64,000 nt of DNA from an uncultured Acidobacteriota bacterium. GTDB lineage: Bacteria > Acidobacteriota > Thermoanaerobaculia > Multivoradales > UBA5704. A program made the position numbers and the translations under genes. The stretch spans positions 672,001-736,000 of the forward strand of contig OY969474.1 of assembly GCA_963700145.1 (NCBI GenBank), written 5' to 3'. Under the pieces are notes generated by a model, which was not told where the DNA came from, ran no database searches, and was given only the letters and a program-made list of their open reading frames with translations. Below are positions 17,375 through 27,539 of this stretch, in pieces. Every line of letters begins with the position of its first letter. The first letter of the stretch is position 1.

Positions 17375-18681
17375 GGGGCGCCTCCGCCGTGGACGTGTGC
17401 AGGCGCGCTCATGTCGGCGACCGCCGCCCGCAGGCGCGACTCGGAGTCGAGCAGGAAGTTGGCGCGCACCGCGACCCGCTCGCCGGCGGCGACGCCGGAG
17501 AGGATCGCCGCCTCACCGCCGCCGCGGAGCCCCACCCGCACCTCCCGCGGCTCGAACCTGCCGTTGCGAGCGACGAACACCACTTGCCGCAGGCCGGTGT
17601 CGAGCACCGCCGAGTCGGGAACCACGACCCCCTCTTGGGTCTCGAGCTCGGGGGTGACGTCGAGGTACATCCCCGGCTTGAGCTGGAGCGACGGGTTGGC
17701 GAGCTCGATCCGCGCCCGCAGCGTGCGGGTCGCCGGGTCGACGGTCGGGTAGACGAAGCCGACGCGACCGGTGAAGCGCACCGCCGGGTCGTAGGGTAGA
17801 GAGAGCGCGACCGGCCGCCCGACGCCCAGGGCGCGGCTCTCGATCTCGTAGAAGTCCGCTTCCACCCAGACCCGCGACAGGTCGGTGATGGTGAGGAGGT
17901 CCATCCCCGGACCGACCTCCATCCCCTCGAAGACTTCCTTGGCGGTGACGTAGCCGGAGACGGGGGCGAGGAGCGTCACCGTGCGCTGCGGCTTCCCCGT
18001 GCGGTCGAGCGCGGCGAGGAGGCTGCGCGGCGCGTCGAACAGCTCGAGACGGCGACGGGCGGCGCTGAGCAGATCGGCGCCGCCCTGCCGCACCTCGGGG
18101 AGCGAGGAGCCGGCGAAGCGGCCCGCCGCCTCGCGCGCCCGCAGGTACTCCTCCTGGGTCGCCAGGAGCTGCGGCGAATAGATGGCGAGCAGCGGCTGGC
18201 CGGCCCGTACCGGCTGGCCGACGAAGTTGACGTGCAGGTGCTCGATCCAGCCGGAGATCTTGGTGTGGACGTGGCGCACGCGCGTCTCGTCGGCGGCCAC
18301 CAGCCCGACGGTGCGCACCGAACGGGTGAGGGTGCGGCGCTCCGCGACGGCGGTCTTGACCCCGGCGAGGCGCCGCGCCGCGGTGTCCGGCGCGACCGGC
18401 GCGAGGCCGGGGATCCCGTCCTCGGGGCGGGCGGCGCTCGCCGCCGGAGCCGACCTCGAAGGCGGCAGGTTCGGCCGCTCGATCGGCACCAGGCGCATGC
18501 CGCAGATCGGGCAGTCGCGGGGCGCGTCGGCGACGAAGTCGGGGTGCATCGGGCAGTGGTACTGGACCGCCGCCGGCGGCAGGGCCGCGCGGCAGGACGT
18601 CAGATAGCCCACGACCCCCAGCAGCGCCAGCGCGGGGAGGAGCAGGAGGACGGTCGTGCGGATCGGTCGAGACAGGCTCAT
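17371..18681 (-). CDS. cusB: CusB-type RND periplasmic adaptor with heavy-metal-binding domain
   Basis: ATG at 18681 (MSLSRP), YHCPMHP...CPICGM, IYSPQL..TQEEYL, LKPGMY, FLLDSES. Confidence 0.88.
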   Translation of the reverse strand: MSLSRPIRTTVLLLLPALALLGVVGYLTSCRAALPPAAVQYHCPMHPDFVADAPRDCPICGMRLVPIERPNLPPSRSAPAASAARPEDGIPGLAPVAPDTAARRLAGVKTAVAERRTLTRSVRTVGLVAADETRVRHVHTKISGWIEHLHVNFVGQPVRAGQPLLAIYSPQLLATQEEYLRAREAAGRFAGSSLPEVRQGGADLLSAARRRLELFDAPRSLLAALDRTGKPQRTVTLLAPVSGYVTAKEVFEGMEVGPGMDLLTITDLSRVWVEADFYEIESRALGVGRPVALSLPYDPAVRFTGRVGFVYPTVDPATRTLRARIELANPSLQLKPGMYLDVTPELETQEGVVVPDSAVLDTGLRQVVFVARNGRFEPREVRVGLRGGGEAAILSGVAAGERVAVRANFLLDSESRLRAAVADMSAPAHVHGGGAP

Positions 18682-19940
18682 GGGGCACCTCCGTTGAGAC
18701 GTTCCAGCTCCGCCCAGGCGGCGAAGCGGTCCGCCTCGCGGCGGGCGAGCTGCACCCGGGCCTGGAGCCAGAGGTCGAAGTCTTCGATGACGGTCGAGAA
18801 GTCGCCGCGGCCGGCGAGATAGGAGGAGCGCGCGGCGTCGAGCGCGGTGCTGCTCTGCGGCAGGATCGCTTCGCGGTAGCGCAGCACCTGCCGCTCGGCT
18901 TGCAGCCGGCGGGCGCCGAGGCGGGCGGCCTCGACGCGCACCACCGCCTCGGCGTCGCGCAGCTCCTGCCGCGCCATCTCCAGCTCCTCCTCGGCGGCGC
19001 GGACCATCGGCCCCTGCTTGCGCTGGCGCCAGAAGGGGATCTCGACGCCGACGCGGAGGGTGAGGACGGCGCCGAGAGACCCGCGCGAGGCGAGGCCGGC
19101 GGCGGGGGCGAAGTCGGGCTTGAGGTCGAGACGGGCGACGGCGAGGCGCCGCTCGGCGGCGGCGACCGCCGCCCGCGCCACCGCCACCTCGGGCGCGGCG
19201 GCGAGCGCGCTCTCCTCCGGTCCCGGCGCGGACGGCGGCGGGGCGGGCAGCGCGGCGACGTCGCCGAGCGGCGGGCCGGCGGGAAGGTCGAGCCAGCGGT
19301 CCAGCTCGGCCGCCGTCGCCGCACGCTCGGCGGCGAGGTCGTCGAGCTGCTCGCCGAGGCGGCTCACCTGGAGCTGGGCCTTGACGACGGCTTCCTGCTC
19401 GCTCTCGCCGGTGGCGTAGCGGGCGGCGGCGGTGGCCGCGAGGAGCTCGACCAGCTCGCGCGCCGCGGCCAGCGTCTCGCGCTCGCGGTCGAGCGCGTAG
19501 AGGCGAGCGTAGAGGATGCGCACGGCGGCGGCCACCCGGCGCTCCTCGGCGGCCAGCTCGGCGGCGCGCAGCGCGGTCGCGGCCGCCGCCGCCTCGCCGC
19601 GGGCCCGGCGCTTCCCGGGGTAGGGGAGCGGCTGGCGCAGCTCGACGCCGGCCATCGACATGTCCTCGCTGCCGACCGTGTAGTCGGGGAAGTCGGCGTT
19701 CTGCAGCATCCCTTCGACCATCGGGTCGGGGAGGGCCGTCGCGGGGACCTCCATCAGCCGCGCCGCGGCGACGGCGGCCCGGCGGGCGGCTAGGGCCGGC
19801 GCGCGCTCCAGGGCGCGGGCCACCAGCTCTTCGACCGCGGGCGCCTCTTGCGCCGGCTCGGCGGGTTGGGCCGCCAGGGGGCCGGGGAAAACCGCCGCCG
19901 CCAGCAGCAGCAGGACGCAACGGGCAAAGTGACGAGTCAT
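18678..19940 (-). CDS. TolC/CusC-family outer-membrane efflux protein
   Basis: Signal peptide, LPDP...Q..PYPGKR, helical OEP pattern. First of three coupled RND genes. Confidence 0.85.
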   Translation of the reverse strand: MTRHFARCVLLLLAAAVFPGPLAAQPAEPAQEAPAVEELVARALERAPALAARRAAVAAARLMEVPATALPDPMVEGMLQNADFPDYTVGSEDMSMAGVELRQPLPYPGKRRARGEAAAAATALRAAELAAEERRVAAAVRILYARLYALDRERETLAAARELVELLAATAAARYATGESEQEAVVKAQLQVSRLGEQLDDLAAERAATAAELDRWLDLPAGPPLGDVAALPAPPPSAPGPEESALAAAPEVAVARAAVAAAERRLAVARLDLKPDFAPAAGLASRGSLGAVLTLRVGVEIPFWRQRKQGPMVRAAEEELEMARQELRDAEAVVRVEAARLGARRLQAERQVLRYREAILPQSSTALDAARSSYLAGRGDFSTVIEDFDLWLQARVQLARREADRFAAWAELERLNGGAP

Positions 19941-20019
19941 GACGGTCCTCTTCGCGTGTAGTTCGCGGGCTCTCCGCGGTGTCAGACCGCGGAGGGTTCA
20001 GACGCGCGCGCGGGGGGCG

Positions 20020-20424
20020 TCAGATCAGGAGGGCGGCGTGCAGCGTGAACAGGGGAACGGGAGGGGGCCGCGGCGGGCCGGCGGCGGGCGCGACGCCGGC
20101 GAACGGCGTGTGGGCCGGCGCCGGAGCGATCGCGGGCGCCGGCGCGGCCGCGTCGGGAACGGTCGTGGGCGGCGCGGGGCCCGGCACGCCGGGCGCCGGC
20201 GCCGGTCCCGGCTCGGAGACGGAGCAGCAGCGGCCCTCGGTCGGCGCGACTTGCGGCGCGGCGCAGCAGAGCATGCCGCCGTCTACCGGACGTTCGTGAT
20301 CGCATCCGGGCGCCCGGCCGGCGGAGGCCGCCTTGGCACAACCCGCCGACAGGAGCCCCGGCAGCCCGCTCACCAGAGCGAGCAGGACGAAGCCGGTGGT
20401 CAGAGCGTGTCTGCTGCGCCGCAC
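20020..20424 (-). CDS. Small Cys/Pro-rich protein preceding the metal efflux operon
   Basis: Hydrophobic N-terminus, two CC pairs, Pro/Ala linker, C-terminal PPVPLFTLHAALLI. GTG start inferred. Confidence 0.55.
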   Translation of the reverse strand: MRRSRHALTTGFVLLALVSGLPGLLSAGCAKAASAGRAPGCDHERPVDGGMLCCAAPQVAPTEGRCCSVSEPGPAPAPGVPGPAPPTTVPDAAAPAPAIAPAPAHTPFAGVAPAAGPPRPPPVPLFTLHAALLI

Positions 20425-20429
20425 GATCG

Positions 20430-21401
20430 TCAGCTCCAAGACCTCGCCGCGGTAGAGGCCGCGACCGGCTCGTCGTCGGCGACGTAGGCCCAGTCGGCGT
20501 CGGCGGGACGCTCCTCTTCCGCCGCCGCGGCCGAGGGGACGACCAGCACGCTGCAGGGGGCGTCGTGGACGACGTTCGCGGCGACGCTGCCGAGGATCGC
20601 CCGCTCGAGACCGCTGGCGCCGTGCGTCCCGAGCACGAGCAGGTCGGGCTTCCAGCTCTCCGCCTCGGCGACGATCTCCTCGGCCGCGTAGCCCTGGCGC
20701 ACGTTGCAGCGCACCGTCGGGCCGTCCGGCAGCGCCGCCCGGGCGACCCGCCACAGCTCCTCTTCGGCGAAGCGGTGCATCTGCTCGCGGGTGAAGTGGG
20801 TCGAGGTCTCGCTGCCGACGGTGTGGACGAAGAGCACCTCGACGTCCGGCCGCGGCCCGCCGGCCGGCAGCGCCACCTCGAGCCCGCGCCGTAGCACGCC
20901 TGCGGCAACGGCGGAGAGGTCGGTGGCGAGGAGGACGCGCGCCGGGGGCATGGCGCAGCCCGGGCGGACCACCAGGACCGGGCAGGCGGCCTTGCGGAGG
21001 ACGCGGTCGGTCGTGGAGCCCAGGAGGCGCCGGCGCGGCCTGCCGCCGACCGCGGCGCCGAGGACGATGAGCGAAGCGCCGGTGGCGGTCGCGCGCCCGA
21101 GGAGCGCCCGGTGGGGGAGGTCGAGCTCGACGCGCTTTACGTGGCGCACCCGCTCGAGCCCGCGGGCGGCGGCCTGCACGTCGAGCCGCTCGCGCAGGTC
21201 CCGCTCGAGAGCGAGGAACCAGTCGTTGCCGACGGCCTCCAGGCCGGACACGCCGACGTAGAGGTCCACCGGCTTGGGCAGGGCGTGGATCAGCTCAACC
21301 GCCGCGCCGGTGGCCAGCGCCAGGGCGATCCCGGCGTCCACCACCGCGTCGCTCTCGCTCGCGAGCGAGGTGCCGATGAGGATCTTCTCGTGGTCTTTCA
21401 T
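20430..21401 (-). CDS. Tandem-domain universal stress protein
   Basis: LLGSTTDRVLRKAACPVLVV and LGTHGASG...LGSVAANVV. ATG at 21401 (MKDHEK). Confidence 0.92.
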   Translation of the reverse strand: MKDHEKILIGTSLASESDAVVDAGIALALATGAAVELIHALPKPVDLYVGVSGLEAVGNDWFLALERDLRERLDVQAAARGLERVRHVKRVELDLPHRALLGRATATGASLIVLGAAVGGRPRRRLLGSTTDRVLRKAACPVLVVRPGCAMPPARVLLATDLSAVAAGVLRRGLEVALPAGGPRPDVEVLFVHTVGSETSTHFTREQMHRFAEEELWRVARAALPDGPTVRCNVRQGYAAEEIVAEAESWKPDLLVLGTHGASGLERAILGSVAANVVHDAPCSVLVVPSAAAAEEERPADADWAYVADDEPVAASTAARSWS

Positions 21402-22060
21402 GTCTGCCTCCACAATGCCGGCACGCCGAGACGTCCGCGCGAGCGCGGTGCGAACGCGAGGAACAGGCCCCAAGCGGCGGCGGGAATGAGGATGAAGTCC
21501 TGAGGTACTCCAAGGGTGAAGGCCCCCAGCGAGCCGACCAACGCCCAGGCGACGGGAATGGCGAGCAGCGCCCGCTCGGACCGTGGCTGCGCGAACGACA
21601 GGATGCCCAGCGTGAAGAGGGTCGTGGGACAGGGCAGGCCGAAGCCGGGAGCAGCCGGAAAGTGGTGGCCGAAGAGCGGGTTCAGCAGCGGGTAGACCGC
21701 GAGGCCGAAGAGGGCGAGCGCCAGGCCGGTCACGCCTCGGCCGGACGCATGCAGCTCGAGGCGGGGAGCCGGCGAGCGGAGGCCCTGCCAGAAGAACAGC
21801 CCCGCGGCAACGGCGAACAGCGCGCCGAAGAGGGGCGCCGCGGGGTTGATCGCCGCGAAGTGAGCGAAGTGGTAGGCCAGGGCCATCCAGAGCCAGAGAG
21901 CGGCGAGCAGGACGTAGGCGGCGCGCGCGCCGACCGCACGCCGCGACAGCGCGCCGGCCAACGCCAGAGCCCCGGCCGCGGTGAGCAACCACTGCGCCGG
22001 CCAGACCGCCTCGTTGTAGGCGCGGAAGACGGCGAAGAACTGCTCGGCGGTGAAGGGCAT
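21398..22060 (-). CDS. Multi-TM membrane protein (DUF6064-like)
   Basis: MPFTAEQFFAVFRAYNEAVWP, FAAINPAA, FGLPCPTTLFT. Confidence 0.75.
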   Translation of the reverse strand: MPFTAEQFFAVFRAYNEAVWPAQWLLTAAGALALAGALSRRAVGARAAYVLLAALWLWMALAYHFAHFAAINPAAPLFGALFAVAAGLFFWQGLRSPAPRLELHASGRGVTGLALALFGLAVYPLLNPLFGHHFPAAPGFGLPCPTTLFTLGILSFAQPRSERALLAIPVAWALVGSLGAFTLGVPQDFILIPAAAWGLFLAFAPRSRGRLGVPALWRQT

Positions 22061-22064
22061 CGCT

Positions 22065-23084
22065 TCACCCGACGGCGACGAGGTCGGGAGCGCTCGAGAA
22101 CGCCGGCTCGGTCCCCGCCACGACCGCCTCGGCCAGGGCCGCGCCCAGCGCGGCTTCGGGCGGTACGGCCAGCACGCTGCAGCGGACCTCGCGCACGACC
22201 TGCGCCGCGACGCTGCCGAGCAGCACCCGGTCGAGTGGCGGGCGGGAGTGCGTGCCCATGAGGAGCAGGTCGGCGCCGGATTCCTCGGCCGCGGCGAGGA
22301 TCTGGGTGGTCGGATCGCCGTAGCGCAGCGCCGGCTCGACGGCGACGGGCTCGAGGGCGCGGCAGCCGGAGGCGACGGCGGCCAGGGCCGCCCGCGCGGC
22401 GTCCTCCGCCGCGTCGAGCTCGGCCGGCGACATCTGCCACTGGCGCCGCGCCGGGCGCGCGAGGGGGTCGAGGACGTGCAACGCCGTCAGCCGTGCCGGC
22501 GCGCCGCCGCCGGTCTGCCGCAGCAGCCGCAGGCCGCAGCGCAGGGCGTCGACGGAGAGCGGCGCGAAGTCGACGGGCGCCAGCACCCGCCGTGGCGGCA
22601 GCGCCAGCTCGCCACGCACCACGAGCAAGGGCCACGACGCCTTCCGCAGCAGGCGGTCGGCGGTCGAGCCGAGGAGCCGTCCGAAGGTGCCGCAAGAGCG
22701 GGCGGCGCCGACTACGACGAAGCCGGCCTCGCAGGCCTGGGCCGCGTCGAGAAGAACGCGGTAGGCCTTCCCGCGCACCACCGACGTGCCCGCGACCTCG
22801 GCGCCGGCGCCGAGCCGCGCGAGCTGCGCCGCCAGCTGCCGGCGCCGCTCCTCGGTGATCTCGGCGACCAGCTCGCCGGTCAGCCACATCGGATCGATCG
22901 CCATCTCGGAAGGCGCGATCTCGACGGCGTGGACGACGTGCAGGCGGGTGCCGGCCGCGCGGGCCGCCTGCAGGGCAACGCGCACGACGGCGTCGCTGCC
23001 GTCGTCGAGGGCGCTGCCGACCAGGATGGTCTCGAGCCGGTTCGCGGCGCAGCTCGAGGCACGGGGCTTGTCGTTGCGAGACAT
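22065..23084 (-). CDS. Tandem-domain universal stress protein
   Basis: LLGSTADRLLR and MGTHSR...LGSVAAQVV. RBS AAGGAG. Confidence 0.92.
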   Translation of the reverse strand: MSRNDKPRASSCAANRLETILVGSALDDGSDAVVRVALQAARAAGTRLHVVHAVEIAPSEMAIDPMWLTGELVAEITEERRRQLAAQLARLGAGAEVAGTSVVRGKAYRVLLDAAQACEAGFVVVGAARSCGTFGRLLGSTADRLLRKASWPLLVVRGELALPPRRVLAPVDFAPLSVDALRCGLRLLRQTGGGAPARLTALHVLDPLARPARRQWQMSPAELDAAEDAARAALAAVASGCRALEPVAVEPALRYGDPTTQILAAAEESGADLLLMGTHSRPPLDRVLLGSVAAQVVREVRCSVLAVPPEAALGAALAEAVVAGTEPAFSSAPDLVAVG

Positions 23085-23114
23085 GGCCTTCTCCTTTCCT
23101 ATGAGCGCCGGCCG

Positions 23115-23543
23115 TCAGAGCGGTTCGTACGACGCCCAGTTCGGGTCGACCTGGTCGAGCAGCCGCTTCGCCACGCCGCCCGGGACCCGCTGGCGGAAGA
23201 TGCCGCGCACGCCCAGCCAACCGCTGCCGCACTCGAGCACTTGCCACTGTCCGACTTCCTTGTGCAGCAGGGCCTGGCCTCCCTGCTCCTCGTGCATCCA
23301 GGTGACCAGCGCGTAACCGGAGTCGATGCCGATCTGGGCTACCTGAAGATCAACGGGGACGACGTCCGGCGACCGCTCGACGTGGCGGTGGAGCGCCCCG
23401 CGGATCGCGGCCTCCTCGGCCGCACGGTTCAGCGGCGTCGTGCTCGCCGGCGGTGTCTGCCGCGCGCAGGCGGCGAGCCCGAGCGCGGCGTAGGCCGCGA
23501 GCGCGAGGGCCGCGATGGCGGCGTGAGCAGTCTCTCTTCTCAT
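23115..23543 (-). CDS. Hypothetical lipoprotein
   Basis: ATG at 23543, lipobox LAAC, globular C-terminus (GGQALLHKEVGQWQVLECGSG). Confidence 0.7.
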   Translation of the reverse strand: MRRETAHAAIAALALAAYAALGLAACARQTPPASTTPLNRAAEEAAIRGALHRHVERSPDVVPVDLQVAQIGIDSGYALVTWMHEEQGGQALLHKEVGQWQVLECGSGWLGVRGIFRQRVPGGVAKRLLDQVDPNWASYEPL

Positions 23544-23587
23544 GACATGCCTCCCGGGCCTTGGCGGCCCCTCGTGCTCGCCGGCGC

Positions 23588-24238
23588 CTACGGCGTGACG
23601 GCGATGTGGTTCTCCACGATGACCACTCCCGGCGCCGACCAGGCGACCTGCGTCGCCTCGTCGTGCTCCTGCCAGGAGTGCACGTGGCCGTACAGCGCCA
23701 CCCGGCCGCCGATCGCATCGACCTGGATGCGCTTGGCGTCGAGCTCGGCGTTGCGCTTGAACGCGTCGGCGATGCGGCGCTTGAGCGCCCAGGTCTCGAC
23801 GCGAGGCTTGATGGTGACGAGGTTCGTCACCCCGCGGACGCCGGTCAGGTAGCGCACCACGCGCGTCGCGGCGTCGCGCTGAAAGGCCCAGTCCACCTCC
23901 CCTTCGAGAGTGATCCAGCCGTCCTCGACCTTGATCTTGAGCTTCTCGTGCGGCACCTCGACGTCCCAGCCCAGCGCGACGACCGCCGCCGAGGCGATCT
24001 CGGTGTCGCTGCGCTCGAGGCCGGTCGCGACCTTCACCGCGATGTCCTCGGCCACCGCCTTGACCCCGCGCACCCGCTTGGCGGCCTTCTCCGCCGCCAG
24101 CTTCTCGGCGTAGGTGCCGACCGTGCCGCTGAGGGTCACGATGCCTTCCTTGACGGCGACGCCGATCTCCGCGGCGTGGACGCTCGGTTCCCATTCGAGC
24201 TCGTTGAGGACGTCGCGCTGCAGTTGCCTGTCGTTCAT
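23588..24238 (-). CDS. Triple BON-domain protein (OsmY-like)
   Basis: ELEWEPSV..AEIGVAV..GIVTLSG, GWITLEGEV, AWSAPGV. ATG at 24238. Confidence 0.92.
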   Translation of the reverse strand: MNDRQLQRDVLNELEWEPSVHAAEIGVAVKEGIVTLSGTVGTYAEKLAAEKAAKRVRGVKAVAEDIAVKVATGLERSDTEIASAAVVALGWDVEVPHEKLKIKVEDGWITLEGEVDWAFQRDAATRVVRYLTGVRGVTNLVTIKPRVETWALKRRIADAFKRNAELDAKRIQVDAIGGRVALYGHVHSWQEHDEATQVAWSAPGVVIVENHIAVTP

Positions 24239-24286
24239 GGCCCGTCTCCTTTGCCGCCATCGTGCGCCCGCCGCGCGCCGCGCGCG

Positions 24287-24326
24287 ACACCCGGCGAGGT
24301 GGGCGAGGGACCGCCCGGCGGGGTGG
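24287..24326. promoter_or_regulatory. Two candidate operators in the divergent BON/hsp20 promoter
   Basis: ACACCC-GGCG-AGGTGG (24287) and CCGCCC-GGCG-GGGTGG (24311), 24 bp apart. Confidence 0.45.
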
Positions 24327-24440
24327 GCGCTCCTCCCGCCCGGCGGCGTGTGCGGAACCACCCCCCGGAGCGTGGCGCGTCCGCAGGCCGCCGCTACTCT
24401 CGGCGGTGGCAGTCAACTCACACTCAATGGAGGAAGCGCA

Positions 24441-24929
24441 ATGTTCGAGAAGACGAGCCTGGTGCCCTTCAAGGGGGAGGAGCTCCGCCCCTTCTTCACC
24501 CGTCCCTTCGGTCTGCTCGATGAGCTGACCAACGAGTTCGAGACCTTCTGGCGGCGGCCGTTCTTCGCCAGCCGGATGCGGCGCTTCGAGGGCGGCCCGA
24601 CCTGGATGCCGACCTTCGACGTCTACCAGCTCGACAACTGGCTGGTCGTCAAGGCCGACCTGCCCGGCCTGAAGAAGCAGGACGTCCACATCACGTTCGA
24701 GGACGGCGCCCTGGTCTTCAGCGGCGAGCGCAAGGAGGAGAAGGAGATCGACAAGGAGAGCTACTACCGCGCCGAGTGCAGCTACGGCGCCTTCTACCGC
24801 CGCCTGCCCCTGACCTTCATGGTGGACGCGGCCAAGATCGAGGCCAAGTTCACCGACGGCGTGCTCGAGGTGCGCGTCCCGATGCCGGTCGAGGAGCGGC
24901 CCAAGGCGCTGCCGATCCCGGTCAACTGA
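24441..24929 (+). CDS. Hsp20/alpha-crystallin small heat-shock protein
   Basis: WMPTFDV, ADLPGL, YGAFYRRLPL, AKFTDGVLEV, C-terminal IPV. RBS GGAGG. Confidence 0.93.
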   Translation: MFEKTSLVPFKGEELRPFFTRPFGLLDELTNEFETFWRRPFFASRMRRFEGGPTWMPTFDVYQLDNWLVVKADLPGLKKQDVHITFEDGALVFSGERKEEKEIDKESYYRAECSYGAFYRRLPLTFMVDAAKIEAKFTDGVLEVRVPMPVEERPKALPIPVN

Positions 24930-24957
24930 AGCGGTCCACTCTCGAGGAGCTCGCGCC

Positions 24958-26361
24958 ATGATGCGCCGCATCACGAACGCCTGGGCGCATCATGGTCGTC
25001 GAGCCCCTCTCCTCCTAGGCCTCCTGGCGGCGGCCGCGGCACTCGTCGCGGCCGCCGCGCCTCCGGCCGGCGAACCGCCGCCGCCCCCGACGCTGGCGGA
25101 GGCGATCCGCACTCGCATCGAGGTCTCGGTCCCAGCACCAGCATTGCGCGCCGGCGAGACCCGCCACCCGAGCCCCTGGCTCGGCTGCTTCTACGAGCGC
25201 CGCGGCTTCCAGCCGGCCTGGGTCGGCGAGGAGGGCCCCTTGCCGCCGGCGGCCGAGCTCGCCGCCGCGGTCGCGGCCGCCGGCGACGACGGGCTGCGGC
25301 CCGCCGACTACCACCTCGCGGAGATCGAAGAACGGATGGCGGAGGCGGCACGTCAGCCGACGCCGGAGGCGCTGGCGCAGCTCGACCTCCTGCTCTCCGA
25401 CGCCTTCCTCAGCTCCGCGTCGCATCTCCGCGCCGGCCGCGCCGACCCCGCGGCGCTCTACCGCGACTGTCGCAGCCACCCGGGGCAGGAGGACCTGGCG
25501 GTGGTGCTCGAGACGGCGCTCGCCGCCGGGATGGTGCGCGACGGGCTGGCGCTCCTGGCGCCGCCTCATGCCGGCTACGCGCGGCTGCGCGCCGCCCTGC
25601 CGGCGCTGCGCGAGGCCGCCGCGGCCGAGGGCGCCGCCGCCGCGGCCGAGCGGCGCCTGCGGCTGGCCGAGATCAATCTCGAGCGCTGGCGCTGGCTGCC
25701 GCGCGACCTCGGCCGCCGGCACGTGCTCGTCGACGTCGCGGCGTTCGCGGTCCGGGCGGTGGGGGCGGGGGGCACGGAGCTGACGACCCGGGCGATCGTC
25801 GGCCGCAGCTACACGAAGACCCCGTCGTTCAGCAGCGCGATCGAACGCGTCGTGCTGAATCCCTCGTGGCACGTGCCGGCGGGCATCGCCGCCAAGGAGA
25901 TCCTCCCGCGCGCCCGCCGCGAGCCCGGGTACCTGCGGCGCGAGGGGTTCCGCGTCCTGCCCGGGGGCAAGGTCGTGCAGGGCCCCGGGCCGCGCAACGC
26001 CCTCGGCCGGATCAAGTTCGTCTTCCCCAACCCCTTCACCGTCTATCTGCACGACACCCCGGCGCGCTCGCTCTTCGAGCGCGAGACGCGGACCTTCAGC
26101 CACGGCTGCATCCGCATCGCGGATCCCCTCGAGCTCGCGGTCTGGGCGCTGCGCGACGACCCTCGCTGGAGCCGGACGGCGATCGAGGCGGCGATCACCA
26201 CCGGACGCGAGCGGGAGGTGCGGCTGGCGGAGCCGATCCCGATCCACCTCGTCTACTGGACCGCCTGGGTGGACGAGGAGGGGACGCTCGTTTTCCGCGA
26301 CGACGGGTACGGTCGCGACGAGCCGCTGCTCCGGCTCTTTGCGGAGGAGCCCCGGCGCTAG
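24958..26361 (+). CDS. L,D-transpeptidase, YcbB/LdtD-like
   Basis: NLERWRWLP, NPSWHVP, NALGRIKFVFPN, YLHDTP, SHGCIR catalytic motif. Confidence 0.9.
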   Translation: MMRRITNAWAHHGRRAPLLLGLLAAAAALVAAAAPPAGEPPPPPTLAEAIRTRIEVSVPAPALRAGETRHPSPWLGCFYERRGFQPAWVGEEGPLPPAAELAAAVAAAGDDGLRPADYHLAEIEERMAEAARQPTPEALAQLDLLLSDAFLSSASHLRAGRADPAALYRDCRSHPGQEDLAVVLETALAAGMVRDGLALLAPPHAGYARLRAALPALREAAAAEGAAAAAERRLRLAEINLERWRWLPRDLGRRHVLVDVAAFAVRAVGAGGTELTTRAIVGRSYTKTPSFSSAIERVVLNPSWHVPAGIAAKEILPRARREPGYLRREGFRVLPGGKVVQGPGPRNALGRIKFVFPNPFTVYLHDTPARSLFERETRTFSHGCIRIADPLELAVWALRDDPRWSRTAIEAAITTGREREVRLAEPIPIHLVYWTAWVDEEGTLVFRDDGYGRDEPLLRLFAEEPRR

Positions 26362-27539
26362 CCCGGTCGGACGCGCGCGCCGTCGCGGACGGCGTCGCTT
26401 GGATGGACGATCACGATCTCGCCCGGGCGCAGACCCGCAGCCACCTCGGCCTCGTCGGGATTGCGGTGACCCAACCGCACCGGCCGGCGGCGCGCGCGGC
26501 CGTCTGCGACGACGAAGACCGCCCAGCCGTCCCCCTCGCGGAAGAGAGCGCCGGCCGGGACCTTGAGCACGTCGTCATCCTCCCAGAGGACGATCTGCGC
26601 CTCGACGCGGAAGCGGTCGCCGAGCGCGCCGGGCGGGTCGAGCAGCGTGCCGATCACGTTGACCCGCTGCTCCTCGACGCCGAGGGGCGACACCTTGGTG
26701 AAGCCGGAAGGCTCGATGGTGCGCACGCGGGCCCGCCAGCGGCCGGCCCCCTCGCCGCCGGCGGCGAGCAGCATCGGCGCCCCCGGCCGGATTGCCACCG
26801 CGTCGCTCGACAGCACGTCCACCACCACCTCGAGGCCGGCGGGATCGCCCAGCTCGAGGAGCGGCGTGCCGGCGGCCACCACCTTGTCGCACTCCTCGCA
26901 AAGGCGGAGCACGCGGCCGGCGACCGGCGCCAGGATCGGCACCGTCCCGGACCCCTCGACGCCCTCCGCGTCGAGCAGGGCGGCGCGGGCATTGGTCGCC
27001 TCGAAGGCCGCCGCGCGAGCGTGGTGGCGCGCCGCCTCGAGGTCGCTCTCCGTCGTCCCCACCGCCGTCCGCGCCGCTTCCACCGCGTCGGCGGCGACCA
27101 CTTGTTCGGCGGCCAGCCGCTCGTGCCGCGCCAGGGTACGCCGCGCCTGATCGAGGGCGGCGCGCTGCCGGCGCACGACCGCCTCGGCCTCGCGCCGCTC
27201 GGCCTCGGCGGCGGCGAGACGGGCCTCCGCCTGCAGGCGGCTCCGCTGGTCAAGCGGCAGCGCCTCGAGCCGGGCCACCACCTCGCCCCGCTCGACGGCG
27301 TCGCCGGCGTGCAGGGTGATGCGCTCGAGGCGCCCGGCGACCGGAGCGCCGACCACGTAGCGGTCGTGGATGCGGGTCTCCCCGTCCTCGTCGATCGTGA
27401 CGCGCAAGGGACCGCGGACCGCGCGCGCCGTGTCCACTTCGATGGGGCGCGGGCGGAACGCCGCGCCGGCGTAGGCGGCGGTGGCGGCGAGGGCGAGGAG
27501 CCAGACGAGTCGCTTGGGCGAGAGGCGCATGAGGTTCAC
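26358..27539 (-). CDS. Periplasmic adaptor (HlyD/MacA-like) of ABC exporter
   Basis: IDEDGETR, APVAGRL, FTKVSPLGVEEQRVNV. Coupled to the permease. Confidence 0.88.
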   Translation of the reverse strand: MNLMRLSPKRLVWLLALAATAAYAGAAFRPRPIEVDTARAVRGPLRVTIDEDGETRIHDRYVVGAPVAGRLERITLHAGDAVERGEVVARLEALPLDQRSRLQAEARLAAAEAERREAEAVVRRQRAALDQARRTLARHERLAAEQVVAADAVEAARTAVGTTESDLEAARHHARAAAFEATNARAALLDAEGVEGSGTVPILAPVAGRVLRLCEECDKVVAAGTPLLELGDPAGLEVVVDVLSSDAVAIRPGAPMLLAAGGEGAGRWRARVRTIEPSGFTKVSPLGVEEQRVNVIGTLLDPPGALGDRFRVEAQIVLWEDDDVLKVPAGALFREGDGWAVFVVADGRARRRPVRLGHRNPDEAEVAAGLRPGEIVIVHPSDAVRDGARVRPG

